The notes: generated from the letters alone by a model not told the origin. Positions 1 to 9,787 are shown, numbered from the stretch's first letter. The stretch is 64,000 bases of DNA from Oscillospiraceae bacterium (GCA_003531585.1 DQFX01000060.1:63320-127319); one strand, 5' to 3'. A program made the numbers and translations.

Positions 1-351
1 GACATCACCCCGATACAGAAGCAGGACCGCGAGGAGCGCTTCTGGGATCTGTTCAACGGCGGAAAGATACAGTACGTCCGCTACCCGATCGACTACAACA
101 AGGGCGCTGTAGAAACGCTGGTGCGCCGTGCGATGAACAAGGGCTTCTACGAGGGCGTGAACCTCTCGCTGGCGTATTGCGACGACTGCGGCTATCAGCA
201 GCTTGAGATGGACGTCTGCCCGAAATGCGGCAGCACGAACCTCACGAAAATCGACCGCATGAACGGCTACCTGAGCTATTCGAGGGTAAAGGGCGATACG
301 CGCCTTAATGCGGCGAAAATGGCGGAAATAGCCGACCGCAAGAGCATGTAA
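1..351 (+). CDS. nrdD: Anaerobic ribonucleoside-triphosphate reductase NrdD, C-terminal fragment. The gene begins upstream of the window; the frame is open from position 1.
   Basis: C-terminal zinc ribbon CDDCG...CPKCG and glycyl-radical region RMNGYLSY; frame 1 has no stop from nt 1 to 351. Confidence 0.85.
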   Translation, partial: DITPIQKQDREERFWDLFNGGKIQYVRYPIDYNKGAVETLVRRAMNKGFYEGVNLSLAYCDDCGYQQLEMDVCPKCGSTNLTKIDRMNGYLSYSRVKGDTRLNAAKMAEIADRKSM

Positions 352-373
352 AAAACGAAAGTGAACTTAAACA

Positions 374-862
374 ATGCGTTACCATAACATAACTACCGAC
401 GATATGCTGAACGGCGACGGACTTCGCACCGTGCTGTGGGTGGCGGGGTGCGAGCACCGCTGCCGGGGCTGTCACAATCCCATTACGTGGGACGTCGACG
501 GCGGCGTACCGTTTGACGAAGCCGCGGAGCAGGAGCTTTTCGAGAAGCTCTCCGCGGATTACATAAGCGGAATAACGTTCAGCGGCGGCGACCCGCTCCA
601 CAAGCGCAACCGCGACGAGATAACCAGGCTTGCGAAGAAAGTTCGCGAGACTCTGCCTGGGAAAACCATCTGGCTCTACACCGGCTATAGCTGGGAGGAT
701 ATCAGTGACCTTGAGATAATCCCGCTGCTTGACGTGCTGGTTGATGGAAAATATGTCGAGGCGGTCCGCGACCCGAAGCTGCACTGGAAGGGAAGCTCCA
801 ACCAGCGCGTTATCGACGTCCAGGAAACGCTGAGACTTGGCAAAGTGGTACTATTTGACTGA
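374..862 (+). CDS. nrdG: Anaerobic ribonucleotide reductase activating protein (radical SAM).
   Basis: CEHRCRGCHNP radical-SAM CxxxCxxC motif; lies immediately downstream of nrdD. Confidence 0.9.
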   Translation: MRYHNITTDDMLNGDGLRTVLWVAGCEHRCRGCHNPITWDVDGGVPFDEAAEQELFEKLSADYISGITFSGGDPLHKRNRDEITRLAKKVRETLPGKTIWLYTGYSWEDISDLEIIPLLDVLVDGKYVEAVRDPKLHWKGSSNQRVIDVQETLRLGKVVLFD

Positions 863-874
863 AAGGTGATGACT

Positions 875-1366
875 ATGAAAAGAATAGCAAAGTTTGAAAA
901 GGTAAGCTTGACGCAGTTCAAGGCAGGATGCACGCGCGAGGACGCAGAGAAGGTCTATGAGGGCATAAAGCTCCCGAAGCGCGCAACGGCGGGCTCCGCA
1001 GGGTACGACTTCTATGCTCCGTTCGATATTGAGCTGAAGCCCGGTGAGACCGCAAATATCCCGACGGGTATCCGGGTGCTTATCGAGGACGGCTGGGTTC
1101 TGAAAATCTACCCGCGCAGCGGTCTGGGATTCAAGTACCGCCTACAGCTCAACAACACGGTCGGGATCATCGACAGCGACTATTCAAGATCGGATAACGA
1201 GGGTCACATTTTTATTAAGGTTACAAATGATTCCAACGAGGGCAAAACGCTGAGCATTCCGGCGGGAACCGGCTTCGCGCAGGGGATCTTCGTTGAGTAT
1301 GGGATCACGGTGGACGACGACGCGTCGGGAGTACGCAACGGCGGTTTCGGCTCGACAACTAAATAA
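875..1366 (+). CDS. dut: dUTP diphosphatase.
   Basis: dUTPase motifs AGYDF, PRSGL, GIIDSDYSRSDNEG and RNGGFGSTTK. The ORF opens at GTG 866, but ATG 875 has the better AAAGGTG RBS spacing. Confidence 0.8.
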   Translation: MKRIAKFEKVSLTQFKAGCTREDAEKVYEGIKLPKRATAGSAGYDFYAPFDIELKPGETANIPTGIRVLIEDGWVLKIYPRSGLGFKYRLQLNNTVGIIDSDYSRSDNEGHIFIKVTNDSNEGKTLSIPAGTGFAQGIFVEYGITVDDDASGVRNGGFGSTTK

Positions 1367-1372
1367 TATAAA

Positions 1373-1406
1373 AGGCAGGAATCAAAGTTCCTGCCTTTTG
1401 TTTATT
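1373..1406. terminator. Bidirectional rho-independent terminator between dut (+) and the convergent 489-aa gene (-).
   Basis: Hairpin aggcaggaa/ttcctgcct followed by a T-run (ttttgtttatttg). Confidence 0.55.
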
Positions 1407-2871
1407 TGCTGTTTTTCTGCTTGTCGTAAGCTGTAACGTATTTATCGGCGATGTTTGCGATCTTTTCGTAGCCCGGGTCGCTGTTAGCGAGCACCGCCTT
1501 GAAGAACGCGTACACTTCCTTGCTGGTGACGCGGGAAATACGGTTCGCGATGTACTCGTGCGTTGCGTACAGCTCAGGATTGTCGAGTATCGCGAGGGAG
1601 AACTCCACGAATTTCTTCGGGTTGGTGAATTGCAGGTAGTTGCATGCGGTCACGATACTTGCGTAGAAGTTCGGCGAAATAATTATCTCGTCATTGTACT
1701 CCACCTCGCCGGCAAGCAGCGCGTTTAACTGTCCTTGAGTGAGCTTGTCAACGGTGAATACCGACTCCATCATTTCGCAGTCAGGCATTTGCTCGCACTG
1801 GTCAAGCACGGGGCGGGGAATTACCTTGTTGCTGTAGGATTTTTTCCGAACCAGTCCCAGCTTGCGGGTCAGAGCACGGTACTGTTCCGGCTTATACTCA
1901 AACCTGGTTTCAAGCAGTATCTTCAGCATTTCCCGCGGGAACAGCTCCAGCGGTATCTTCACTGACGCGCTGCGGAATCCGGTAATTCCTTCCTGCTTTG
2001 GAGTTTCCGGCGCGGGCTTCGGCTGTTCAGCAGGCGCTGCCTCGGCTTCGGGAGCCGCTTCCTCTGCCGCGGCATTTTCCGTAGGAGCCTCCGTATCATC
2101 AGCCGGAGCGGTAGCTTCCGCGGGCGCAGGAGCAGTCACTGGCTTTACAGGTTCGTCGGTATATGGCTCGTTTATCTTTTCAATTACCGCGCACTTGTAT
2201 GGTATCTTCGCGTCAACGCAGGATACCGCGCCATGGTGTCCCTTCAGAAGCACGGAGTGCAGCCCGGACAGGTGGTACACGATTCCCTGGCAAATTCTCG
2301 ACTTCGCAGCTTCGTTAGTCATGGGGAGCAGCTTTGAGTCGTAGGTGTCCAGCGGTGTGCCGGGTATCAGGAAGCAGGGGCGGAATGTCTTGCTCCTGCC
2401 GATGGTGCGGTTGTGCTCGGCGGTTCCGTGTATCTCGTGGGCAAGATTGTAGGCTCCCCAGAAGAACGTACCGGCTCCGTCGGTGGGGTAGTAGTCGGAA
2501 TAGTAGATCGTGTAAACCCCGTCGGGGAGCAGCGCAAGCACGTCGTGCAGCCCCGCCGCGAGGGAATCCCCCTTGTTCAGCCGCGTGAAGCTTTCTGTGA
2601 GCGTGTCGTGTATCTCATCGTCCATCGCGGAGTAGCCGGTGCACAGTGAAATGAGCTTATCGGAGCTTTTGCTGCCGTGATTCGGACAGAGTATCTCGGC
2701 AACCGGGTCGTTGCCTATGTAGAAAAGGCGGGTCTGCGCCGAGGTATCGCCGCGCTTGGCTCCGTAGCCTGCCGAGCAGGTACCTATTACCGCCTTGCCG
2801 CCGCGCACGGAGGCAAGCACAACATTGCTGCCTCCGATGTCGATGTGTTCGCTTTTTATCTCAACTCCCAC
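1402..2871 (-). CDS. Hypothetical two-domain protein. The N-terminal domain may have an ASKHA/actin-like ATPase fold, joined through an Ala/Pro/Glu-rich low-complexity linker to a C-terminal domain of unknown function.
   Basis: N-terminal DIGGSNVV and DGAGTFF motifs resemble ASKHA phosphate-1/phosphate-2 loops (weak). Linker is PVKPVTAPAPAEATAPADDTEAP... GTG start at 2871 with a GGAGGTAA RBS. Confidence 0.5.
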   Translation of the reverse strand: MGVEIKSEHIDIGGSNVVLASVRGGKAVIGTCSAGYGAKRGDTSAQTRLFYIGNDPVAEILCPNHGSKSSDKLISLCTGYSAMDDEIHDTLTESFTRLNKGDSLAAGLHDVLALLPDGVYTIYYSDYYPTDGAGTFFWGAYNLAHEIHGTAEHNRTIGRSKTFRPCFLIPGTPLDTYDSKLLPMTNEAAKSRICQGIVYHLSGLHSVLLKGHHGAVSCVDAKIPYKCAVIEKINEPYTDEPVKPVTAPAPAEATAPADDTEAPTENAAAEEAAPEAEAAPAEQPKPAPETPKQEGITGFRSASVKIPLELFPREMLKILLETRFEYKPEQYRALTRKLGLVRKKSYSNKVIPRPVLDQCEQMPDCEMMESVFTVDKLTQGQLNALLAGEVEYNDEIIISPNFYASIVTACNYLQFTNPKKFVEFSLAILDNPELYATHEYIANRISRVTSKEVYAFFKAVLANSDPGYEKIANIADKYVTAYDKQKNSK

Positions 2872-2887
2872 TTGCCGTTACCTCCAT

Positions 2888-3751
2888 TTAACGCTGTTCA
2901 AGACGAAGTGAAATTATATCCGCGATACCGCCGATACACTTCTTGTCGAATGCCTTCTTGGGAACGAAAACCGATGTGCTGCCGTCCTTATAGAAAACGA
3001 ACATCTTGTCTGATTCTATAAAGTAGTCCAGGGACGACCACGGTATCAGCTCCTGATTGTCGGCGACGCAGCTTTCGCAGGCTGAAAAGCCATATGGGCT
3101 GATTATGAACGATATCGGCTCGTTTGAAGCAGGGTCGCAGCTTGAAACTGCGGTGTACTTCCTGCGTGCGACCGCGTGGCATATCATGTAGACGATCAGG
3201 GTCAGGATCGCGCCGCCGATTATCGAGATGGGTATGAAGTACAGAACGTTGCTGCGGGTTATCCCCACGAAAATGTGGAGCGCCAGCAGGATAACGAGCA
3301 TGAGCATTACCGCGAGCAGCCACAGAACCTTCATCAGCCGGAAATTCATCAGCATGATGAACGTCGCCGCCGCGTCGTTTTCGTCTATCTCGCAGGAGCC
3401 GTAGTAGGATTCCTTGCCGGGGTCGGTCTCAATGTACTCGCTTTTCAGCGGTAGAATGCGCCGTTGGTGTACATACTCAAATCCGCCGGATTTCTGCGCG
3501 CATTCGATTATCGCGATGGCGCGGAAGTAATCCGACTGGTCGCTGAAATCCTTCTTGTGGATAATGAAATCGCAGTTTTCGGTATGTATCGTAATAGCGC
3601 GCTTGTCCTCCGTGACCTTCTGCACCAGATCCCAGCTATAAACAAGTGGCTGGGGGGCGTTCGCGTATACTGCAAATACCTCGCCAATAATATATGTCAC
3701 TCCTGCGCCCTCGTTGTATATCTTGACAGGGCGTAAGTCACAGAATGCCAT
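2888..3751 (-). CDS. Membrane protein with a central TM pair, YcxB-like.
   Basis: Two adjacent TM helices (LMKVLWLLAVMLMLVILLALHIF...). ATG 3751 follows a GGAAGGTGAGG RBS; the ORF extends to TTG 3766. Confidence 0.5.
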   Translation of the reverse strand: MAFCDLRPVKIYNEGAGVTYIIGEVFAVYANAPQPLVYSWDLVQKVTEDKRAITIHTENCDFIIHKKDFSDQSDYFRAIAIIECAQKSGGFEYVHQRRILPLKSEYIETDPGKESYYGSCEIDENDAAATFIMLMNFRLMKVLWLLAVMLMLVILLALHIFVGITRSNVLYFIPISIIGGAILTLIVYMICHAVARRKYTAVSSCDPASNEPISFIISPYGFSACESCVADNQELIPWSSLDYFIESDKMFVFYKDGSTSVFVPKKAFDKKCIGGIADIISLRLEQR

Positions 3752-3913
3752 TTCCTCACCTTCCAAACATAATTCTCATGGTAGTATGATACTATATACT
3801 ATTATTTATTATATCATATAATCACGAATAAATAAAGGGGTTTTGGAGAAAAAATACAGTTTTTTTGTAAAAAAACCGGACGAAAAGTGCAGAAACCTTC
3901 CGTCCGTGTTATG

Positions 3914-6193
3914 TCAGAATGTGAATTCGAGCGCCTTGCCCTTTTCGGTATCAAGCGACATGTGACACACCTCGCCGTTTACAGGAACGTCAATTTCACA
4001 TTTGCCGCCGAGTTTGGGCATTATGCGGAGCTTCCGTACCGAGCCCTTTTCCCAAGAAGCGTCGATGACGAAACCGCCCCGGGCGCACAGTCCGGTGAAT
4101 TTACCAGTGTTCCAGTCGGCAGGGCATGCCGGAAGCAGCCTGATAGATTCCTCGTGGCTTTGCAGCAGCATTTCTGCGATACCTGCGGAGGCTCCGAAGT
4201 TTCCGTCGATCTGGAACGGCGGGTGAAAGTCCCACAGATTCTGGAACGTGCAGCTCTCAAGAAGCCCGCGCAACAGCTTGTAAGTACGCTCGCCGTCGCC
4301 GGTGCGCGCCCACAGGTTGATTTTGTACGCTCTCGCCCAGCCGGTGGACTCGTCGCCGCGGTCGTTCATCGTGGCGATCGCCGCCTTCATCAGCTCCGGT
4401 CTGGAGTGGTTTATCTGCTTGCCTGGGTAAAGTCCCATCAGGTGGGAGATGTGGCGGTGATTCTTCTGCACCCTGCTGCGGTCGAAGTCCGGCTCGTCCT
4501 CCTCGAACCACTCCTTGAGCAGTCCGGTCCTGCCGATGTGGTAGGGCTTCAGCTTCGGGAGTATATCCTTGACTTTTCCTGCAAGCTCCGGGTCGGTGTT
4601 AAGCTCCTTGGAGGCCTTGAGGAAGTCGATGAAAAGCTGCTCGATAAGGCTCTGCTCGTAGGTGTTTCCGATGGTCGCGGGACCGTGCTCCGGTGAGTAT
4701 GTCGGCGAGGACACCATTCTGTCCTGCTTCTCATCGTAGATGAGCCACTGAACGTAGAACCGCACGCTCTCGCGCATTATCGGGTAGATTTTGTCACGGA
4801 GGTAGTCCTTGTTGCCGGTGAATTCGTAGTGCTCCCAGATGTTCTGCATGAGCCATGCGACCGCGGCGGTCGACCAGCCCCAGTAGAACTCCCAGCCGGG
4901 AGCCGTCCAGCCGAAGGGTGAGCACTGCGTATGCGCAGTCCAGCCGTTTTCGGGGTTCTCGGGAGTGCTCTCTATGCCGTAGTATTCCTTCGCGGTGACG
5001 CGCCCCGGCTCCCGCAGGGAATCGAGGAAATCCGTCAGCGGAGGGACTGTTTCCGCGAGGTTCGTGTTATATGCGCCCCAGTAGTTCATCTGGAGATTTA
5101 CGTTTATATGATAGTCGCAGCACCATGGCGGAGTGTTGCTCTCGTTCCACACGCCCTGGAGGTTAGCCGGAAGTGAGCCTTCCCTTGACGAGGAGATCAG
5201 CAGGTATCTTCCATAGCTGAAATACAGCGTTTCGAGGCGTCTCATGGCTGACTTGTCGCCAGCGCGGTAGGCTTCCAGGAGCTTGTCCGCGGGAAGCTCC
5301 CTTTCCTCGCCGAGGTCGAGGGAAACGCGGCTGAACATGCTGGAATAATCCGTGTAGTGCTCCTCGTAGAGCGCGTCCCAGCCGAGGCGCTCCGCGGTGT
5401 GGAGCAGCGGCTTTGTGACTGCGGAAGGCTCCGTTTCGGTGCGGTATTTCGGAAACTTCATGTCGTAGTCGGTGGCTGCGCAGAAGAACACCGCAGCTTC
5501 GGAAGCGCCGGAGATCTCAAGCGCCTTCCCGGCGGAGGTGATGCTTCCGTCGCAGAAAACGCGGAATCTCGCGTCGAAGCGCATGCCATTATCCTCGGCG
5601 GCGCCGGAATATATGAGTGTGTTATTTTCAGCGGTTATCGTCGCTGCGTGGGTCTTGTCGAGGGAGAGCCTGAAATTGAGCGCGCCCTTTTCAGAAGCGG
5701 TGAACCTGAACGCGATGACCCTTGCGGGGTAGCTTGCGAACGCCTCGTGGGTGAATCGCACTCCGCCCTTGGTGAATCCGCAGGAGTACAGCGACTTGTC
5801 CAGATCAAGGCAGCGGCGGTAGGAGCTTACCTCCCCATCGGGGAGCGTGAAGTCGAGCACCGCGTCGCAGAGGAGCAGGTAGCTGCCGAAATCCCCGTCG
5901 CCGGTGAGCATCGGGAGAAGTTCCTCGGCGCGTGCATTCTCGCCGGCGGCGAGGAGCTTCTGCACCTGCTTTACATATGTATATCTGCCGCGGTGGTTTC
6001 CGCCGTAGTAGTCGGGGCGTGCCGCGCAGGGACCGCCCGCCCAGAACGTCTTTTCGTTGAGGACGACGCGCTCCTGTTCGATACCGCCGAACATGCTGGC
6101 GCCCATGTATCCGTTGCCTATCGGAAGGCAGGTCTGTTCCCACAGCCCGAAGTCGCCGGGATGGTCAAAATAGATCTGGTTGGTTCTGCTCAT
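3914..6193 (-). CDS. Glycoside hydrolase family 95 (alpha-L-fucosidase-like).
   Basis: N-terminal PIGNGYMGASMFGG...ERVVLNEKTFWAGGP pattern typical of GH95; 759 aa. Confidence 0.75.
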   Translation of the reverse strand: MSRTNQIYFDHPGDFGLWEQTCLPIGNGYMGASMFGGIEQERVVLNEKTFWAGGPCAARPDYYGGNHRGRYTYVKQVQKLLAAGENARAEELLPMLTGDGDFGSYLLLCDAVLDFTLPDGEVSSYRRCLDLDKSLYSCGFTKGGVRFTHEAFASYPARVIAFRFTASEKGALNFRLSLDKTHAATITAENNTLIYSGAAEDNGMRFDARFRVFCDGSITSAGKALEISGASEAAVFFCAATDYDMKFPKYRTETEPSAVTKPLLHTAERLGWDALYEEHYTDYSSMFSRVSLDLGEERELPADKLLEAYRAGDKSAMRRLETLYFSYGRYLLISSSREGSLPANLQGVWNESNTPPWCCDYHINVNLQMNYWGAYNTNLAETVPPLTDFLDSLREPGRVTAKEYYGIESTPENPENGWTAHTQCSPFGWTAPGWEFYWGWSTAAVAWLMQNIWEHYEFTGNKDYLRDKIYPIMRESVRFYVQWLIYDEKQDRMVSSPTYSPEHGPATIGNTYEQSLIEQLFIDFLKASKELNTDPELAGKVKDILPKLKPYHIGRTGLLKEWFEEDEPDFDRSRVQKNHRHISHLMGLYPGKQINHSRPELMKAAIATMNDRGDESTGWARAYKINLWARTGDGERTYKLLRGLLESCTFQNLWDFHPPFQIDGNFGASAGIAEMLLQSHEESIRLLPACPADWNTGKFTGLCARGGFVIDASWEKGSVRKLRIMPKLGGKCEIDVPVNGEVCHMSLDTEKGKALEFTF

Positions 6194-6269
6194 ATCTTTA
6201 TATCCTTCTAAAATGCGCTTTTTGCGGTTACAGACCGGAAAAGCACCGGCTGTAATCGTTCACAGCATA

Positions 6270-6298
6270 ATTATACCACACTTATCGCTAATTGTCAA
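6270..6298 (-). promoter_or_regulatory. Consensus sigma-70-type promoter for the GH95 gene.
   Basis: Minus strand reads TTGACA, 17-nt spacer, TATAAT, about 70 nt upstream of the start. Direct repeats tgacaatt overlap the -35. Confidence 0.5.
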
Positions 6299-6314
6299 TA
6301 AAATTCAGCAATTG

Positions 6315-6863
6315 TCATTCGTCGGCGGGCTTCAGCTCGGTAATTATGTGATCGGTCAGGCGCGCGATGGTCTCAAGGTCCTCGCTGTCCGGGACTTCCT
6401 TCCCGGCGGACGTCGCTATCGTATGGAATGTTCCCTGGATTATAAAGGAAAGAACGATGTCGTTGCGGCGGCTCTTCAGGTTCGGGAATTCCGCGTAGAG
6501 GCGCGCTTTTATGCGTTCCTCGATCTTCTCCGCAAACCCGGAATACCTCGAGCCGGAGAACACGCTGTTCAGCGTGGAGAGACTGTTCAGCAGCGCACGG
6601 CGCATTTCTGCGGTGTACTTGCGGGGATCGTCGAAAAATTTGTTCAGACCCTGTATTTCGGAAAGAATATCGTCGATCACCTCGTCCTCCATCTCGTCGG
6701 CGAGGGAGTAGATGTCCGAGTAATGAAGATAGAACGTTGCCTTGTTGATCTCGGCGAGCTTCGCCAGTTCGGTCACGGTGATCTTTTCTATCGGTTTTTT
6801 CCTGCGAAGCTCCAGAAAAGCGGATTTGATCGCAGCACGGGTTTTCTGAATTCTTAGATCCAT
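6315..6863 (-). CDS. TetR/AcrR family transcriptional regulator.
   Basis: N-terminal HTH with TetR signature (KTRAAIKSAFLELRRKK...ITVTELAKLAEINKATFYLHY); GGAGGA RBS. Confidence 0.85.
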   Translation of the reverse strand: MDLRIQKTRAAIKSAFLELRRKKPIEKITVTELAKLAEINKATFYLHYSDIYSLADEMEDEVIDDILSEIQGLNKFFDDPRKYTAEMRRALLNSLSTLNSVFSGSRYSGFAEKIEERIKARLYAEFPNLKSRRNDIVLSFIIQGTFHTIATSAGKEVPDSEDLETIARLTDHIITELKPADE

Positions 6864-7034
6864 GTGGGTCCTCCAAAATAGACAAATATGTACAAACGTC
6901 GCGTATTAGACTTTGGTATGATTTTGTTGCTTGAACAGTTTAGCAATATATATTATAATTATTTTGTACATATTTAATTATAACGTAAAATACGAGGATT
7001 GTCAACCTATTTTTTACAATTTGGAGGTAATATT

Positions 7035-8909
7035 TTGAATTTACGTGATTTCAGCTCCGGCGACTGCTTTGACGTCTACAAATGGCTCGGTGCGCAGTTC
7101 GACGGCTTCGGCACTACGTTCAGAGTTTATGCGCCCAATGCGGAAGGCGTGTCAGTCATCGGCGATTTCAACGGCTGGCAGGACTGGTACCTCAACCGTA
7201 CCGGCGACGGCAAATTCTGGGAGATACGCATAACTGACGCAAGACCGGGGCAGATGTACAAATACAAGATTTACCACGGCGGGAACTGCGTTGAGCACTG
7301 CGACCCGGTGGGCTTCGGCATGGAGCTGCGCCCGAAATTCGCTTCCATAATACGCGACATGCGCTTCGACTTTGACGACCTCGACTGGATGGAGAAGCGC
7401 CACACCTGGCACGGCGACGCGCTGAACATCTACGAGGTCCACCTCGGAAGCTGGCGCACGGATCCCGGCGACCCCAACGGCTGGTACAAATACGAGGACA
7501 TCGCGCCGCAGCTCGTGAAGTACTGCAAGGAGCACGGCTACAACTGCGTCGAGCTTATGCCGCTGAACGAGTACCCCTGCGACGAAAGCTGGGGCTATCA
7601 GGCGACCGGATTCTTCTCGCCGACCTCCCGCTATGGAACCGCCGAGGGTCTGAAAAAGCTGGTGAACACCTGCCACAAGAACGGTATTGCAGTGCTGATG
7701 GACTACGTTCCGGTGCATTTTGCGGTGGACGGCTACGCGCTGGCTCAGTTCGACGGCACTCCGACCTACGAGTCGCAGTTCAAGGACATCGCGTTCAGCG
7801 AGTGGGGAAGCTGCAACTTCGACTTCACGAAGGGACCGGTATGCAGCTTCCTGAAGTCTGCGGCGAACTACTGGCTGACGGAATACCACTTCGACGGGCT
7901 TCGCATGGACGCTATCAGCCGCGTTATCTACTACATGGGCGACCCGTCCCGCGGTGAGAACGTGTGCGGCGTGAAGTTCCTGAAATCGCTGAACCGCGGG
8001 CTGAAGTGGATCAATCCGTCCGCGATACTCTGCGCGGAGGATTCCACGGATTACCCGATGGTAACAAAGCCGGTGGACGAAGGCGGTCTCGGCTTCGACT
8101 ACAAGTGGGACATGGGCTGGATGAACGACACGCTCAACTACTTCCGCACCCCGCCGGACGAGCGCGTGAACCACTACCACAAGCTGACATTTTCGATGAT
8201 GTACTACTACAGCGAGAAGTACATACTCCCGCTTTCCCACGACGAGAACGTACACGGCAAGGCTACCGTTATTCAGAAGATGTACGGCGATTACGACGAT
8301 AAGTTCCCGCAGGCGAGGGCGCTTTATATGTACATGTACGCGCACCCGGGCAAGAAGCTGAATTTCATGGGAAGCGAGCTTGCGCAGTTCCGCGAGTGGG
8401 ACGAAAAGCGCGAGCAGGACTGGGATATCCTGAAGTACCCCATGCACGACGGATTCATGCATTTCATGAAGAAGCTGTGCAATATGTACCTTGAGATACC
8501 GTCGCTTTCCCGCTGGGACGACGCTCCGGAGGGCTTCCGCTGGCTGGACTGCGACAGTGCGCTCAAGCGCTGCTACACCATGCTCAGAAGCTGCGACGGA
8601 GGCGCTCCGGTGGCTGCGGTGTTCAATCTTTCCGACCGCGTGCAGGACGGCTACGTACTGAACATCGGGCAGGGCAAGCGGCTGAAGCTGCTGCTTGATT
8701 CCACCGAGGACAGGTACGGTGGCTGCGCTCCGCACTACCCCGGAAGTATGACCGCCGATCAGAACGGAAATGTGAAGCTGAGCGTCCCGAGGTACTCCGC
8801 GGCGTATTACGAGGTAGCCGACTCTGTTCCGAAGGGAAACGCAGGCGGTCCGGCGAATCAGAGCCGTCACGGTCAGCAGCGCCGCCGCTCCAGAAAGAAA
8901 AAGCATTGA
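7035..8909 (+). CDS. glgB: 1,4-alpha-glucan branching enzyme.
   Basis: GH13 branching-enzyme motifs throughout. TTG 7035 sits 7 nt after GGAGG; the annotated ORF extends upstream to ATG 6999 without an RBS. Confidence 0.9.
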   Translation: MNLRDFSSGDCFDVYKWLGAQFDGFGTTFRVYAPNAEGVSVIGDFNGWQDWYLNRTGDGKFWEIRITDARPGQMYKYKIYHGGNCVEHCDPVGFGMELRPKFASIIRDMRFDFDDLDWMEKRHTWHGDALNIYEVHLGSWRTDPGDPNGWYKYEDIAPQLVKYCKEHGYNCVELMPLNEYPCDESWGYQATGFFSPTSRYGTAEGLKKLVNTCHKNGIAVLMDYVPVHFAVDGYALAQFDGTPTYESQFKDIAFSEWGSCNFDFTKGPVCSFLKSAANYWLTEYHFDGLRMDAISRVIYYMGDPSRGENVCGVKFLKSLNRGLKWINPSAILCAEDSTDYPMVTKPVDEGGLGFDYKWDMGWMNDTLNYFRTPPDERVNHYHKLTFSMMYYYSEKYILPLSHDENVHGKATVIQKMYGDYDDKFPQARALYMYMYAHPGKKLNFMGSELAQFREWDEKREQDWDILKYPMHDGFMHFMKKLCNMYLEIPSLSRWDDAPEGFRWLDCDSALKRCYTMLRSCDGGAPVAAVFNLSDRVQDGYVLNIGQGKRLKLLLDSTEDRYGGCAPHYPGSMTADQNGNVKLSVPRYSAAYYEVADSVPKGNAGGPANQSRHGQQRRRSRKKKH

Positions 8910-8915
8910 ATTATC

Positions 8916-8958
8916 CGCCGCGCCGATGGAGGAAACTCTGCGGCGCGGCATTTTATTC
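8916..8958 (+). terminator. Rho-independent terminator after glgB.
   Basis: GC-rich hairpin ccgccgcgccg...cggcgcggc followed by attttatt. Confidence 0.6.
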
Positions 8959-9006
8959 GGGTTTCCGCAATTTTCGAAAAAAATCGAAAAAATTTTGTAA
9001 AAACGC

Positions 9007-9035
9007 TTGACAAATCCGGAACGATGTGCTATAAT
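9007..9035 (+). promoter_or_regulatory. Consensus promoter upstream of tRNA-Ser.
   Basis: TTGACA, 17-nt spacer, TATAAT. Confidence 0.55.
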
Positions 9036-9096
9036 ATACAAGTCGAAACGAGACAGGGGCTCGACAGAAAACAAAGCTCCGAAATATTCAGAAATG

Positions 9097-9187
9097 GACA
9101 GGTGGCTGAGCTGGTCTAAGGCGCACGATTGGAAATCGTGTAACGATTAAACCCGTTCGAGGGTTCGAATCCCTCCCTGTCCGCCAT
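9097..9187 (+). tRNA. tRNA-Ser(GGA), class II with long variable arm and encoded CCA.
   Basis: Acceptor stem GGACAGG/CCTGTCC; anticodon loop TTGGAAA (U33, GGA, A37); long variable arm; T-arm GGTTCGAATCC; 3' GCCA. Confidence 0.9.
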
Positions 9188-9190
9188 ATT

Positions 9191-9226
9191 TAGCCGCGTA
9201 TTTCAGCGCGGCTAAAATTATATTAT
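9191..9226 (+). terminator. Terminator after tRNA-Ser.
   Basis: Hairpin tagccgcg...cgcggcta followed by an A/T-rich tail. Confidence 0.55.
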
Positions 9227-9297
9227 AGGCTGTCTTTTATAGGCGGTCATTTTAGTATCCGGAATACATATGTCCCGAACCTGAAAAGGAGAATACT

Positions 9298-9690
9298 ATG
9301 AAGTACGAATTAACAAAGGATCTTGAAACAGGAAACCGAATCATTGATAATGAGCACCGTGAACTCCTGAACGCCGTCAACGCGCTGCTTGACGCATGCA
9401 GCGCCGGCAAGGGACGCGCCCAGGTAAGCAGCACTGTAAAGTTCCTTAACGACTACGTTGACCGCCATTTCGCGCATGAGGAGCAGCTTCAGAAGCAGAG
9501 CGGCTACCCGGGATATGAGGCGCACCATGCGTTCCACGAGAAGTACAAGCAGACCCTGCGTGAAATAACCGCCGGAATGTCCGATAATTGCAGCATTGCG
9601 GACCTCGCGAAGCTCAACGGGCATGTGAGCCTGCTGGTGAGCCATATCCGCACCGAGGACAAGAAGCTCGGGGCGTTCCTGAACAAATAA
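9298..9690 (+). CDS. Hemerythrin-like (bacteriohemerythrin) protein.
   Basis: HHE cation-binding His/Glu pattern (HFAHEEQL...HHAFHEKY...HIRTED); good RBS. Confidence 0.8.
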   Translation: MKYELTKDLETGNRIIDNEHRELLNAVNALLDACSAGKGRAQVSSTVKFLNDYVDRHFAHEEQLQKQSGYPGYEAHHAFHEKYKQTLREITAGMSDNCSIADLAKLNGHVSLLVSHIRTEDKKLGAFLNK

Positions 9691-9710
9691 TACGCTCATA
9701 ACGCTGACAG

Positions 9711-9748
9711 AACGGCGCGTTTCTCCGGAGACGCGCCGTTTTGCTATA
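9711..9748 (+). terminator. Terminator after the hemerythrin gene.
   Basis: Hairpin cggcgcg...cgcgccg followed by tttt. Confidence 0.6.
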
Positions 9749-9787
9749 GACGAGCTCTATTGCATGACCACCTGCATATAATAATTC

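Noticed and set aside
4257-6211. Several 80-284-aa ORFs overlapping the GH95 gene on both strands.
   Set aside because: All lie within or antisense to the 759-aa GH95 ORF and are low-complexity.
7152-9074. 640-aa ORF on the minus strand, entirely antisense to glgB.
   Set aside because: Arg/Val/Ala-rich low-complexity translation typical of the reverse frame of a GC-rich gene. No RBS, and glgB on the plus strand has strong family motifs.
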